A DNA stretch of 64,000 bases from assembly GCF_006345805.1 (NCBI RefSeq), contig NC_043006.1, positions 100,502,001 to 100,566,000 of the forward strand, read 5' to 3'. The stretch is from Octopus sinensis (lineage: Eukaryota). Numbering within the stretch: the stretch's first letter is position 1; every line of letters starts with the position of its first letter. The translations under genes were made by a program, and so were the position numbers. Below the pieces are notes generated by a model. It saw only the letters and a program-made list of their open reading frames with translations, was not told the origin of the DNA and did no database searches. Of this stretch, positions 1 to 12,615 are shown in pieces.

Positions 1-12
1 GTCTTATATATG

Positions 13-45
<33 letters not shown>

Positions 46-223
46 TTATGTGCCTGTGTTTGTCCCCCTAGCATTGTTTGACAACCGATGCTGGTGTGTT
101 TACGTCCCCATCATTTAGCGATTCGGCAAAAGAGACCGATAGAATACGTACTGGGGTCGATTTGCTCGACTAAAGGTGGTGCTCCAGCATGACCGCAGTC
201 AAATGACTGAAACAAGTAAAAGA

Positions 224-230
<7 letters not shown>
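1..230 (+). mobile_element. SINE family A, 3' half (runs off the window start)
   Basis: Matches the 3' half of the copies at 31887, 37564 and 61448 (TTGACAACCGATGCTGGTGTGTTTACGTCCCC ... GGTGCTCCAGCATG ... CAGTCAAATGACTGAAACAAGTAAAAGAG). Confidence 0.85.
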
Positions 231-264
<34 letters not shown>

Positions 265-444
265 CTCGACCTAACTTGCTCTGGTTAATTCTGCGAGAGT
301 GGACAGCAACCTACTGCCAAAGGTCTCGCAGGTTCTCTTTCCACAAATTATAAGACTTGGTACTTTGGCATCAAGTTTTGAGGAAGATGCTCAACACCCG
401 AGTACCAATCTTAAAATCCTAGCAGTTTTATTATTATTATTATT

Positions 445-927
445 CTATTTTTGACTTTTGCTTTACATTTGTACAAGTTGACTCCAAGTCTCACCCAGAG
501 ACCTCAAGAGACAACAAGTTAGAAGTTCATGTTGGTGTTATGCCTAGGGTGCTATATATTTTGCTTTGTACTTAGTATTGTACTAGTGAATGTCTAAAAA
601 ACCATGCGAAAATTATGTTTGTTTTAAAACTTGAGATTACATAGAAAGTATTTTTCGTAGGATATGAGCAGTTCCCATGAGCACTATCTTTTGAATTTCT
701 GCCATTTTTGGGTTTCCTGGTATCTGAGATAGGTAGCGATCAGCTCCTTTTCCTACCATTCCCAGGGCACCTATGACAACAGGTATTGTTTTAGTCTTCA
801 GTTTCACATTTTGCTGATTTCTATTTCAAGATCTTTATATTTGCTCGGTGTTTGGTAGGTCATGACAGATACGTTTATATCGATTGGGACAGTCATATCA
901 ATGAGGAGCCATGTTCTTTGTATGAAG

Positions 928-929
<2 letters not shown>
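445..929 (-). mobile_element. R4/Dong-type non-LTR retrotransposon, 3' fragment (REL endonuclease end plus 3' UTR)
   Basis: Minus-strand translation gives LLIDMTVPID...KYKDLEIEISKM and IQKIVLMGTAHILRK (about 652-696), typical of the C-terminus of REL-endonuclease LINEs. Bounded by (ATT)n on both sides. Confidence 0.75.
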
Positions 930-983
<54 letters not shown>

Positions 984-1010
984 CATTATTATTATTTTAT
1001 TATTATTATT
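930..1010. repeat. (ATT)n microsatellite
   Basis: Direct reading; it produces the poly-Ile ORFs at 804 and 862. Confidence 0.95.
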
Positions 1011-1069
1011 GATGGTTCTTTTTCATTATAGCTTTATTTTAGCCGTTTTAGTGCCGGGCGAAGAGTAGA

Positions 1070-2110
1070 AAGGGCACTTTTGCTTTGCAATGTATGCTAA
1101 AATTATCACGACATTTATTCCATTTCAGATGGAGAGTGCTTTCCGTAGTGTATGGGCTGTATCCATCAAAGTTATCTTTTGTGGTTCACGGAGATTGGAG
1201 TTACCAGGGAGTTGCTTACTATACTTCTCAACCCCCTTCTTTATAATTCCCAATGGACCAATTACTTCTGATATTATCATAGTACTAAGCTTTCACATTT
1301 TTGTGATTTCAACTTGCAGATACATATAGTGAGAGAGCTTTTTGTATTCTTTTCTTGAGGCATTTTGATCTTGTGGGATTGATATATCAATTAACAGACA
1401 AGTTCCTCTCTTGTAGTCCTTGATCACAATGTCTGGTCGATTGGAGTCAATGTGTTTGTCTTTTATCTGTTTTGTCCAAGTTCCAAAGAATAGTGACGTC
1501 CTCGCCATTTACAACATCCTCTCGATGTTGCCGGTAACACTTATCTTGGGGTTTATTTTTGTAGCATTTACAAGTATTCCAGTGGATGTACCGCCCTAAT
1601 CTGTCATGCCTTATGAGGTACTTCTTTTCAGCGTGGACTGGGCAGCCAGAAACAACATGATCAATTGTCTCTGTGAATTTTCAGCAAAAACTGCACTTTG
1701 GGTCAGATCCATATTTAAGGATGTTTGCATAGTAATTTCTGGTAGGTGAGCTCTGATATTTCGCTGCTGTAACAAAACCATCCATTTCCCCTTTCAGACC
1801 TGTCCCTTGTAGCCATTGGTATGTTTGGCCTTGATCAATATCTGGCTTGGACAGGCAGTTAGGGCATCTTCCATGCAGGAGTTTGCCTTTCCAGTTGTCT
1901 TCGATATTATTCATGCAAACATTCTTTGCTTTTGTTTGATGTTTTTTGCATCAATGATAGGTTTGTCACTATTTGGACCTCGTTGGTCTTTCTGATTGAT
2001 AACTTCTAAAGGAGGAGAAGCAATGGTAGATCTGTCAGTAGTTGGGCGTCTTTGGTCATACTTATTGTTAACTTGTAGGTCAAGAGACTTTTTGAATTTC
2101 TTACTAATCT
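1070..2110 (-). mobile_element. R4/Dong-type non-LTR retrotransposon, degenerate 3' fragment (CCHC finger plus REL endonuclease)
   Basis: Track ORFs give DPKCSFC (continuing ETIDHVVSGCP) and NRPDIVIKDYKRGTCLLIDISIP; PQKITLMDTAHTLRK lies at about 1140-1184. Contains stops and frameshifts. Confidence 0.8.
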
Positions 2111-2164
2111 TTATGACTTCATTATTATTATTGTTCTTGTTGTTATTATTATTATTTTAAATTA

Positions 2165-2340
2165 AAATAAGGCCCGTTGTCTTCTGCTGAGCCGGGGTCA
2201 TCCCTTAACCCAAGGGTCACAGCAGGTATTCATGGAGAGTTCACGGCGTAAAATGTGTGCGGAACCTAGCAGCACTATTATCTGAAGTTCTCCCACGTTA
2301 ACACTGCAAGGGAGTTTGTTGAGCTGCTTATGAAGGGGCC
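2165..2340 (-). mobile_element. R4/Dong-type retroposon, short 3'-end fragment (third variant)
   Basis: Minus strand about 2243-2287 reads LQIIVLLGSAHILRR, homologous to the two upstream C-termini. Flanked by (ATT)n. Confidence 0.6.
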
Positions 2341-2341
2341 C

Positions 2342-2380
<39 letters not shown>

Positions 2381-2431
2381 TATTATTGTTATTATTATTA
2401 TTATATTATATTATTATTATATTATTATTAT
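2341..2431. repeat. (ATT)n microsatellite, imperfect
   Basis: Direct reading. Confidence 0.9.
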
Positions 2432-2433
2432 TC

Positions 2434-2612
2434 AGGCGGCGCACTGGCAGAACTGTTAGCATGCTGGACGAAATGCTTAGCGGTATTTCAGCCGTCTCTA
2501 CGTTCTGAGTTCAAACTTTATCGAGGTCACCTTTGCCTTGCATCCTTTGGAGTCGACGTAATCGACTCAACCCCTCCCCCAATAAATTTGTACCTTTGTA
2601 GCAAAATTTGAA
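2434..2612 (+). mobile_element. SINE family B (GGCGGCGAGCTGGCAGAA head), degenerate
   Basis: Aligns by eye to the copies at 38959 and 50497 (ACGTTCTGAGTTCAAA, GAGGTC, GTCGACGTAATCGAC). Confidence 0.75.
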
Positions 2613-2684
2613 ATCATTATTATCATTATTATCATCATAGCTCTTATGATTATTAGGGAAATATTGTTCTGATGCAAGTGACTG

Positions 2685-2785
2685 GTGTGAACTTATCAGA
2701 TGAATTAACGTGATGGGTATATTGGGCTTCGTATATTTGCATCCCCAGCATCATCTTGAGGGCATCTGCTTCTCAGTCACTCAAT
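2685..2785 (+). repeat. Fragment of the unclassified ~555-bp interspersed element
   Basis: GGTATATTGGGCTTCGTATATT...CACTCAATAATAAT is the reverse complement of the start of 40851-41405. Confidence 0.65.
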
Positions 2786-2842
2786 AATAATAGTAATAAT
2801 AATAATAATAATAATAATCCTTTCTACTATAGAAACAAAGCC

Positions 2843-3050
2843 AGAAGAAGAAGGAGGAGGAGGAGAAGGAGGAGAAGAAGAAGAAGAAGAAGAAGAAGAA
2901 GAAGAGAAGAAAAGAAGAAGAAGAAGAAGAAGAAGAAGAAGAAGAAAAAGAAGAAGAAAAAGTCGAAGAAGAAGGAGGAGAAGAAGAAGAAGAAGAAGAA
3001 GAAGAAGAAGAAGAAGAAGAAGAAGAAGAAGAAGAAGAAGAAGAAGAAGA
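2843..3050. repeat. (GAA)n/(GGA)n microsatellite
   Basis: Direct reading; it produces the poly-R/K, poly-L and poly-S ORFs. Confidence 0.95.
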
Positions 3051-3954
3051 AATTGACAAATTATCCGAAGGACCGAGTGCTTCATTGATAGTGTGTTTCA
3101 AACTGATAAATTCTCCGCCTGAAACGTTTTGTCCTTTGAGTTACTGTTTTATGTTTCCATCGATTAAAAATAATGGAAAGAATAACTCTCAGTCTTTTAA
3201 CAGAAGCGTAAATTTATCCTCGTTTGGGAAACACCAGACTTCGCGATCGCCTTGCTAGAAACGACTCTTAAAAACCATCCAATTTATCTCAACTGATTAC
3301 CGTACAATTGCACTTCTTTTGTCTCGTGTCTAACTTAACCAAGTTTATCGCTCTTCTTTGTTCGAAGGAATTACGGGCGTTATTCTCCTGTCTTTTTCCT
3401 TTTCTGTGTCTTGGTAACATAACGTAAGCGACACAACGATCCAATGTAACTTTCATTTTATTTTATGGTATGACAGGTATTTAGCTATTAGTTTTAGCAG
3501 TTTGTAAAACAGATATAAGTTTTGGTCCTATATCTGCCCCTAAGCGGCCCTGCCACTATTCTTGTTGTAAATGTTATTGTTGTTATTTCACAATGATGGT
3601 GGTGGCTGCATTGATGGTGGTGGTGGTGGTGGTCATGGTGGTAATGGTGATGTTAATGCTGTTGCTGTCGAAAGTATTACTAAGGAGACCTTCTGCACGA
3701 GACCATTTCATCTTACTTCTGATGTTGTTTTTATTGACACTTTTGTCTTCTTTTTTTTTGGGGGGGGGGGGAGGTTGCTGACGGTTTCCATGGTATGATC
3801 CCGTTATATCTATCAGTTTATGTTGCCTCGACTATACCTCTTATTAAACTTGTCTTTGATTGCTAAACGTAAATGGTTATGATGCTGTCGAGAATTAGAG
3901 CTAGCAGCACAACCAGATAATACTGCTGCTGCTGCTACGATTGTGCCTCTTACA

Positions 3955-3985
<31 letters not shown>

Positions 3986-4429
3986 GATGGCCGTACTAAT
4001 TACTGCGGTACGATTTCTATCATCTTCAAATATCGACTGATAAGATATCGATCTATATAGTTATTGATCGAGAGATTTTTTTTTTTATTTTGCTTTGCCG
4101 TTTTGTTTTGTGTTTTTGTGGGGGGGGTGCTCTCCATCTCTCCATCTCTCCCTCACTCTCGCGCTCTCTCTTTCTTGCTCTCTCTCTCTCTCTCTTTCTG
4201 CTCCTCTCTTTCTCTCTTTCTTTATACGTAATTCATGTGTCTGAAAAGATAATTCTGTAAAATAAAATAAATTAACCTATTTTATTCATTATATTTTATT
4301 AACCTTTCCTCTGCAAAGTCTTCTTCATGTTGCTTTTAAGCTACTGGCTGAAATTCAATTTAAAAAACACTTAAAGGGAATGAATTTCATTAACCTCTAG
4401 AGAATTCAAGACGTATTTCACGGGTAGAA

Positions 4430-5000
4430 GACAGCACTAACAACCTTTCCGAATTTAGGCTTCAGGGCAGTAACTTCGAAGGAAGTGGTTTAGTTGATTA
4501 CTTTAACTACAATATTTGATTACTACTTTATTCTTGTCTACCAAGAAATTACAAGGAACAAAAAATTGATTTCGGTAGGATTTGAACTCGAAATGTATAG
4601 AACTGGAACAGCAAATCGTCTTTTCCGACACTCATGTGTCAGCCAATCGACCGGCACTTGATTGTATTTATCATCGCTTCTAATTTAGGCGCATGGCGAG
4701 CAGCTTTGAGGAAAGAGTATTTGTCGATATCATCGATTCCATTACTTGAACCGGGTTAACTTTTAGCAATCTCAGAGGGATAGCAAGCTAAATTGAGCCT
4801 CGCGGGATTTGAACACAGAAAGTAAAAGGCCGGAACAAATATCGCAAGGCATTTTCTTTGACACTCACATGATGATGTGCCAGTCAACCCCGCTCAGACA
4901 GTATTAATAATTCCCTTCGTTTTTAATATTTCTTCTATAGGTACACGACCTAGAATTTGTGGGGAGGGGGCTAGTATATTACATCGATCCCACTATTTAA
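4430..5000 (-). mobile_element. Cluster of about 3 degenerate SINE family B copies
   Basis: Recurrent GGATTTGAAC and AGTCGAT/ATCGAT motifs, the reverse complement of family B. Confidence 0.55.
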
Positions 5001-6094
5001 ACTTTAAAGGAAATAGCTTGATAAAGAACACATGACGTTGTCTAACCGAAACATCAAACTCGCGACTTCACGAAGTGAGTACAACACCCTAATAACTGGG
5101 TGACAAATATTCTTGAAAGGTACAACTAGCACATATTTTATCGATCTTCTGAAGAAAGGAAGGCTAACTTGGCTCAGGCGTTATCTGAATAGAAAAAGGA
5201 AGAGAACACATTTTAGAATATCAAAAGGCGGGTTATCTGGTACTATCCAGGTGAGGGTGAGATTTAGGGTTATTGCTGACTCGGATTTCCACAGAGTCGG
5301 AAAATAATAACGATTCCCTACATTGGCATTCGGCCATAGATTTAGTAGAGGAAATACATAGTCAATTAAATCAATAGCCATATATGTATTTAAAAAAATA
5401 TTTAACGTATTTAACGTATCGATCTCCAAGAACGGAAATACAACATTAAGGTCAGAGAGATTTTGATTTAGTAAGCAGGGGAACAAAACAAAAATATATT
5501 AAGTATTTAGATCGGCAATCGTCTAGAAAATCCGAGTCCCACCAGACGGGTGGTGATGGTGATGGTTGTGGCGGCGGCGGCGGTGGGAGTCTGCTTTTCT
5601 GCCATGCGAAATATAAGAACAACAAAATCAAAACAGGACGGATACAAAGAGAAAACATATTGCAATGCGGGTCGAAAGAGACAATGAAAGTTCATATATT
5701 TAAATAAGGAAGAAATAAAAGTTTTTGTGAAACATAAACTCATGGGAAAAGAGAAAATCACAGAAATAAGAGGGAGATTCATACAAAAAAATCTCAGATC
5801 GTTTTAAATTATATGAAAATCATGAATGAATGTATCTTAAAACAATACATTTGTTAGGGGAGAAACCAACGAGTATTAAAAATAAACCACCTAAAATGGA
5901 AATATAAATGGATATTGAGAACGCTGTGAGACTGTTGTTGAGGAAACTCATCGAAACAGAAGATAAAATGGCAGAAACGGGGAAATGTATTAAATATGGA
6001 AGATAGCCAAGCATTGTGATGCTGATTGTTGCTCAAAGTCAGAGAAAGACTGTTCTGGAATTTTTTGCTGAACAACATGCACAAATGATATGTA

Positions 6095-6320
6095 ATATTT
6101 ATTACATGTATGTGCAGTACAATAGCTCATTCCATCCATCAAATCGACGTTGCCTTATCAGGTGTACAGAGTACCACAAGTCAGGTGTGAAAGTAATTGG
6201 AAAGCAAAGTGGGATGAAGTGTCATTCTCAAGAACACAACGCACCACCCGCCCCGGGACTTGAAAATACGATCTCACGATCGGGAGTGCAACACGTTAAC
6301 CACTAGTCCAAGCGCTCTCA
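6095..6320 (-). mobile_element. tRNA-headed SINE remnant (family C-like)
   Basis: Reverse complement begins TTGGACTAGTGGTTAACGTGTTGCACTCCCGATCGTGAGATCG, an A-box-like head. Confidence 0.55.
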
Positions 6321-7485
6321 GTCTAGCATTAGCCTAACATTAGCAAACGTACTAACAGCTGGAAAAGTTCGGTTTTGCGAGGGCTATCACGTCACTTTTC
6401 TTTGCTGAAATGTTTTGAATATGCACAATGTCCTTTCAAATTTCTCGACCATCCTACTGGAATGACAGCAAATGCATCATGAATCTTTCTTAGAGATAAG
6501 AAAAACACCAGTCACTAATAACATGGCATACCATACCCATGACCGATAGATTAATCTTCACTGCTTCTTAAAAATATACAATACATTGATGTTTATACAC
6601 TGTGATCAGCACAAACTTATTAAGAGTATAATTTGCGTTGTAAGTGACATGGATGCAACGAACTACTTTTTGAAGACGTATTAAACTTAAAAGACAGCAT
6701 AAATGAAATTAACATCCAACCTTACCATGACATTACTGTAGAAATTGTTTGATAGTGATCAACCGTTATTAAAAGTTTAGCCCTATTTATATCAAATAAT
6801 AAGGAGCTATAACAATCATTTCATGAAAAACTTCACACTGGGCGCAACATTATAAAAAGGAGAAATGAAGAAAACAAGCCCGATCTCAATAAGAATTTCT
6901 TTCCCAGGATATTTCTTCTCCCCTGCCTTGTGATTTTGACTGGTTCTCATAACAGAGAAACCGGTGTGAATTCTATGTAATTTGATTCGGAACGGAAGGC
7001 CAATAAATCGCTTTACGTTCATGCATGACTCGAAAACTCATGTAGCACATGTGGCAGATAATATGGTCACCATTACAAAGAGTATATACATTCAGTAAGG
7101 CAGTTACAGTTCTTATGAAGATGAGATGGATACATCATATAAATGTGAAGGCTAACTAAAGTAAATCGCAATGAGCTACATATACGACTACGAATAGCAT
7201 AGTATCTGTCGCCACAATTTGAAGGCCCTGATTTCAAGAGACGTTAGTCTAAGACTATAGAAGAAACTGACTAAGCTTACATTTGGTAAGATCAAACTAG
7301 AATCAACACAGTTGCAAAAGCTAATTCATAATCATACACTATATCAGCACCAATCTTCTTTGTTGCACAAGACTAGAACTTATGCACAAATAAGTGCACG
7401 AAAGAAATACATGAAAAGTTACCTGTGAGGTAGTGGTTAATGATTAGATAGTGAATACCAGATGAAAATGGTCTACGATGGCTCT

Positions 7486-7823
7486 CAGTGATTCTCAACC
7501 AGGATCCGTATGAGCCCTAAGGGCCCATACAAAATTTTTAGGGGTTCACGCAAAAAAATAGTAAATTAGGAATCCACATTAGTATATTAAGTGTCCGTTA
7601 AAAAATGTGACTTTAGATGCATTTATTGCAAGAAACAGCTAGATTTCTTTCTCTGACATTTTACATAGTTCAGCTTACAAAGTTAATTTGTGAAAATCAA
7701 AATAAGAATTTTGCAAGAAGTGCCAATAAAACCAAGTACCTATAGATTTAAAATATTAAATGACTGTGGAGGTTCCACCCAAATAAAATTGTAATGAAAG
7801 GGGTCCATAGTTGAGAATCACTA
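7486..7823. mobile_element. hAT (Charlie-like) non-autonomous element / MITE
   Basis: Terminal inverted repeats CAGTGATTCTCAAC (7486-7499) and GTTGAGAATCACTA (7810-7823), 13/14 match, with the CAGTG...CTCAA terminus typical of hAT-Charlie elements. An 8-bp TSD is not preserved. Confidence 0.65.
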
Positions 7824-10235
7824 GGTTAATTCAAAATATGACGAATAGATAGACTGATTTATATTCCTTGGAAAATAGGAACATGTTACCGTACAAAAGC
7901 TTGAATCTTGTAGTAGTGTGACTTGCCTGATGATGCTCCATGTCTAATGTGGCCCGCTTCTAGAAAAGAGTTTACCCTACCTGGTCTAGTATATACATGT
8001 GCAAACTTATACAGACATTAGAGCAAACGGACCAGTAATTGTTGGTAGATGTTAACTGAGAACGAACGTGTCATCCTCAATATATCAATCGCTTTTGATC
8101 AAAACAATAACTGGAAATAAGTTGACGAATTATCAAGATAAAAAGACATATAAAAAGAGGAAATCGGTATTAATATCAGGAACGCCACAATTATAATTGT
8201 AATCTCAGTAGCAAATATTCAGCCGTTATATCTATATATATGCTACTACGAGACAGCTTTTATAGGCACAGCAGTCATTTTGTATAGACAATTCACCTTA
8301 ACAGGAATGTATGGTATATATTTTGTAAAGTAAGATGTGATGGAGTAGGTGAAGGGCGAGGAGAAGAAGGAGCAGGAGGAGGAGTTTGCTAAGCGAAAAA
8401 CAGTTGACAACGAAATATGGAAGCCAATAGGAATGAAAACAGAAGATAAATAAAGGTAACGAAAAATGAGAGAAATATGATGATTGAAAGGAAAATATTT
8501 TTCGTTACTATAAATACGGTGTCAAATAGAAATACACGAAGAATTTATATAATATAAAATGAAACCGATTACACGAAGGAAAACTAAGTTATTTGGCAAT
8601 TTTCATTTAATCGAAATTAATCTTTGAAATATTATGATTAACGTTATCACCACCCCGGGGTAGAGTTTTACTACGATTGTTCTGTTTATTTAATACCTGT
8701 CCAATCGCAACTATCACGATGTCTATGAGAGAAATAAAGAAAAGTTAATTTGAAAAATTCCGAAAATTTCCAGGGGACTAGACATAATTAATTAAACCAA
8801 TATAAATTTTCTAGATATTTTATTATACAAGGTTTTATGACAACGCCACTTCCATGATCGGTTTGAATCGAAAAATCAACGGGGGACCAACATGTCGACG
8901 AGATATAACGAGACAGAAAAGTTTAAAATGGACTGTTGCTAAGACAAAATGGCAACGAAAACAAACATTTGAAATAGGGAAAATGTGAGAGCCAAGTACT
9001 TAAAAGACAAAGCCTTCCGGGCAGCTTTACAGAATTGACTTAGTAAATTTGGTAAGGAAATCAATCTCAATTTTAGACGACAAATCAAAAGCATTATTGA
9101 AGAAAAAAGATCAAGTGTTATTTAAAAGTAACAATTGAATAATGTAGAAAGAAAAATATATAAAAGAAAGGAATAAATACCACAAAAATTTAGCAAAGAC
9201 ATTCCACGTTCGAAAAGAAGACAAGCAGGCACGCAACGTGACCATGCAGTGCAAAATATTCTACTTTACAAAAGAACCAGAAAGCACACGAAACCGTAGT
9301 ACAAATTGTTCCACGATATAATACAACAACGCAACATCACGCCATGGTAAAAAGTGTTGCATATTGCTATAGAAGAGAAGACACGCAACACTTCATTACA
9401 CTATAATCAACATACAAACAAGGTACACTCTTTGCAGTCGCTCTACCGACTGGAGACAGCAACCGAAAAACTCTGAAGTTACATCATAGCGTTTTATAAT
9501 AGGAAGGCCAGATTAGATAACATAGGTCCTGATACATATTCGAATGCTGTTGTTATGGTTCTTCGTCATTAGATATGATCTGTTACTAAATAACAACAAC
9601 AATTATACAAACCACGCTACAAACAAATTTATATGAAGGAACAGAAAAAAGTGGTTGGCATTAGAAAAGGCATCCGACTTTAGGAACAAGGCCCAATATG
9701 ACACCGGAACTCGACGCAACCTTGCAATTTACTGGGCCCCTATCACACTGAATCACACAATCATGGAAAGAAGGCATCAAATGATGACGATGATGATGAT
9801 GACGACGACGACGATGACAAGATTGAGGTGGTGGTGGTGGTGGGGTATATTGTATATATGTGTAAGTTTCTGTAAACAATATTTGATGCTGTTATTCTAA
9901 AGAAAGATCTTTTTAAGTTGTTGACAATTTAAAGAAAATATCATATAAAACCAAACAGGGTCTCACAAATCCGTTTCCCAGATGTTTTTGACATTTTTAA
10001 GGAAAACTTCTTTCTCAAAAGTTTGTGAAAGTTTGTTCTTCATTTTAATATTTCATTATAAATAGCTGATAAATTTTTAAAACTCTTTCTTTAAGTATAT
10101 ACATGTATATAGTTAACTATACATGTATATATATACAGAGAGAGAGAGAGATTTGATAGATAGATAGCTACCTAGATAGATTTGTATATGTATGTATATA
10201 AATACATATGTGTGTGTGTGTATATATATATATTA

Positions 10236-10280
<45 letters not shown>

Positions 10281-10918
10281 ATAAGCTCACACACACATAT
10301 ATATGTCTGTATATACATATATATGTATATAGGGCCAATTGTTTTAACTGGAAGCCAAATATTTAAGATTACATATGTCCGAGGGAAGAAACAAGCTATA
10401 TCGATACAATTGCCAGAGAATATAAACTAAAGTTTTTCAGAGAATTAAACGAAACAAAATATAAAATAGCTGAGAATATCACATAAAAAATACATACACG
10501 TTTCGGAAAAAGAAAATAAAAATAGAAAATATCTACATTGCGAATGAAAAATTTTGTTTAAATAATATATAAGCTGACCCTAGATCTACTACAGAGTTGG
10601 ATAAATATTGCAGTAGAACATAAAATAAAATATACGAGATGAAAAGCAAGTAGATATCAACTGGAATCGGTAAAAACCAAAAATGTTTGGATAAATCATC
10701 TACCTGTCTTGGTCATAATGATTTACAACTCAGAGGAGAAAACAATTCTCTCACCACAAACTAATGAAATGAGTGACTTCAATATTTATGGATCTCTTAC
10801 ACGTATTCCTACCAACTACAAGAAATAAAATTTTACATGTATTCCTACCAACTACAAGAACTAAATATTTTACAGACAGAAGGAATAAAAGCACTCAAAA
10901 ACACACACATATATATGT

Positions 10919-10920
10919 GC

Positions 10921-11010
<90 letters not shown>

Positions 11011-11040
11011 ATATATATATATATAATATATATATATATA
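10919..11040. repeat. (TCTA)n followed by (TA)n microsatellite
   Basis: Direct reading. Confidence 0.95.
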
Positions 11041-11389
11041 GGAAAAAAGGAACAAGAATGGATCAATATATCGGTACAATTGTTTCGTACGAAGACATCT
11101 TTAATAAGGCTACAAAAATTGCAGTAAATATAGGTGACTCGTAGTCATCAGCCGAAAAACTTCTGAGATCCCCAACATCAAAGGGGTATGTTAGTTCCAC
11201 TCGTGAAACATCATGATGTTTCACGAGTGTAACATTACCCCCTTTGATGTTTGGGGATCTCAGATGTTTTTTCGGCTGATGACTACGAGTCACCTATATT
11301 TACTGCAATTTTTGTAGCCTTATTAAAGATGTCTTCGTACGAAACAATTGTACCGATATATTGATCCATTCTTGTTCCTTTTTTCCTAT
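11038..11389. repeat. 352-bp fold-back palindrome, TA at both ends (MITE-like)
   Basis: The outer 122 bp of the arms are exact reverse complements; the centre CACTCGTGAAACATCA|TGATGTTTCACGAGTG lies at 11213/11214. The ORF track gives the same peptide on both strands. Confidence 0.9.
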
Positions 11390-11508
11390 TTGTAATCACC
11401 CCACTTTGTCGTATGGTTAACACCAAATAGATTTCCAGTGCATCCAAGTTAAGTACCATATTCATCTGAATTCATTAGAACTCACTTGAATCTCAATTGC
11501 TTAAACCG

Positions 11509-11541
<33 letters not shown>

Positions 11542-11628
11542 CGCGCATACATATGTACCTAGATACCTGGATCCCTTCTCCTTTAATATATGCGTACGTA
11601 TTTATAGATATGTATACATATAGATGAT

Positions 11629-11932
11629 GGAGGCACATGACCTAGTGGTTAGAGCAGCGGACTCGCGGTCGAGGGATCGCGGGTTCGAATCTCAGACCGG
11701 GCGATGTGTGTTTATGAGCGAAACACCTAAGCTCCATGCGTCTCCGGCAGAAGGTAATGGCAAACGTCTGCTGACTCTTTCGCCACAACTTTCTCTGACT
11801 CTTCCCTCCTGCATCTTGCAGCTCACCAGCGAAGGACCGGCGTCCCGTCCAGGTGGGGAACCTATACGCCAAGGAAACCGGAAAACTGGCCCTTATGAGC
11901 CAAGCGTGGCTCGGAAAGGAACAAACAATACA
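11629..11932 (+). mobile_element. SINE family C, tRNA-derived head
   Basis: A-box-like TGACCTAGTGG and B-box GGTTCGAATCT (11682-11692); the head matches 39276. Confidence 0.8.
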
Positions 11933-11972
11933 TATAGATACGTGCATACATATATGTGTATGTATAGACAAT

Positions 11973-12180
11973 CCTTTCTACTATAGGCACAAGGCCTGGG
12001 ATTTAGAGGGCAGGGACTAGTCGATTGCATCGACCCCGGTACACAACTGGTACTTAATTTATCGACCTCGAAACGACGTAAGGTAAATCGACTTGGGTGG
12101 AACTAGAACTCAGGACGTAAAGACGGATGAAATAACACTGAGCATTTTGCCAGACTAGCTAAAGATTCTGACACCGCACC
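11973..12180 (-). mobile_element. SINE family B, degenerate
   Basis: TTCTACTATAGGCACAAGGCC...AGTCGATTGCATCGACCCCGGT...CTGGTACTTAATTTATCGACC is the reverse complement of family B. Confidence 0.75.
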
Positions 12181-12515
12181 CTGACGCAATACCAGGCAGT
12201 GGGCTTCATGGTTTTGGATTTTAACTGATTTGAAGTAATATCATGTACATGTTTTGTCTTAGTGTAAAAATGGGCTACAGCAAATATTCTACGCAATACG
12301 ACAGATTTGTTTGTTAGTTGCTTGACCATAACCAGCTGAGTATGTCCATTGGTGGCTGACGATCAGGAGCAAGCGTAGTCGGCGAGCGTCATAACCATGT
12401 TCTGAGAGAAATTTGGGGGGAATTTGAATAATTCACTTCTGGGAACATTGTTGCATTGTTCATCTTTAAATAATTCATGGAGCTTTTGAGTCGGAGAGGC
12501 TACTCGATTTGAAGA
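12180..12515 (+). repeat. Diverged partial copy of the ~555-bp element, cut by the gap
   Basis: CCTGACGCAATACCAGGCAGTGG...GGGCTACAGCAAATATTCT...GAATAATTCAC aligns with the reverse complement of 40851-41405. Confidence 0.75.
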
Positions 12516-12615
12516 NNNNNNNNNNNNNNNNNNNNNNNNNNNNNNNNNNNNNNNNNNNNNNNNNNNNNNNNNNNNNNNNNNNNNNNNNNNNNNNNNNNNN
12601 NNNNNNNNNNNNNNN
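12516..12615. other. Assembly gap (100 N)
   Basis: Exactly 100 N, probably a placeholder of unknown true length. Confidence 0.99.

Noticed and set aside
3095-3135. CTGATAA...GAAACGTT hammerhead-like spacing
   Set aside because: G8 is missing, stem II cannot pair and stem I is only 2 bp. Too degenerate to call.
11196-11292. Possible type II hammerhead assembled from GAAAC...GTT at the palindrome centre and CTGATGA at about 11276
   Set aside because: Stem I does not pair beyond 2 bp, and the long hairpin would out-compete the fold.
11629-11700. tRNA genes at SINE heads (also 39276 and 43196)
   Set aside because: A and B boxes are present but there is no complete cloverleaf, and each continues into a SINE body.
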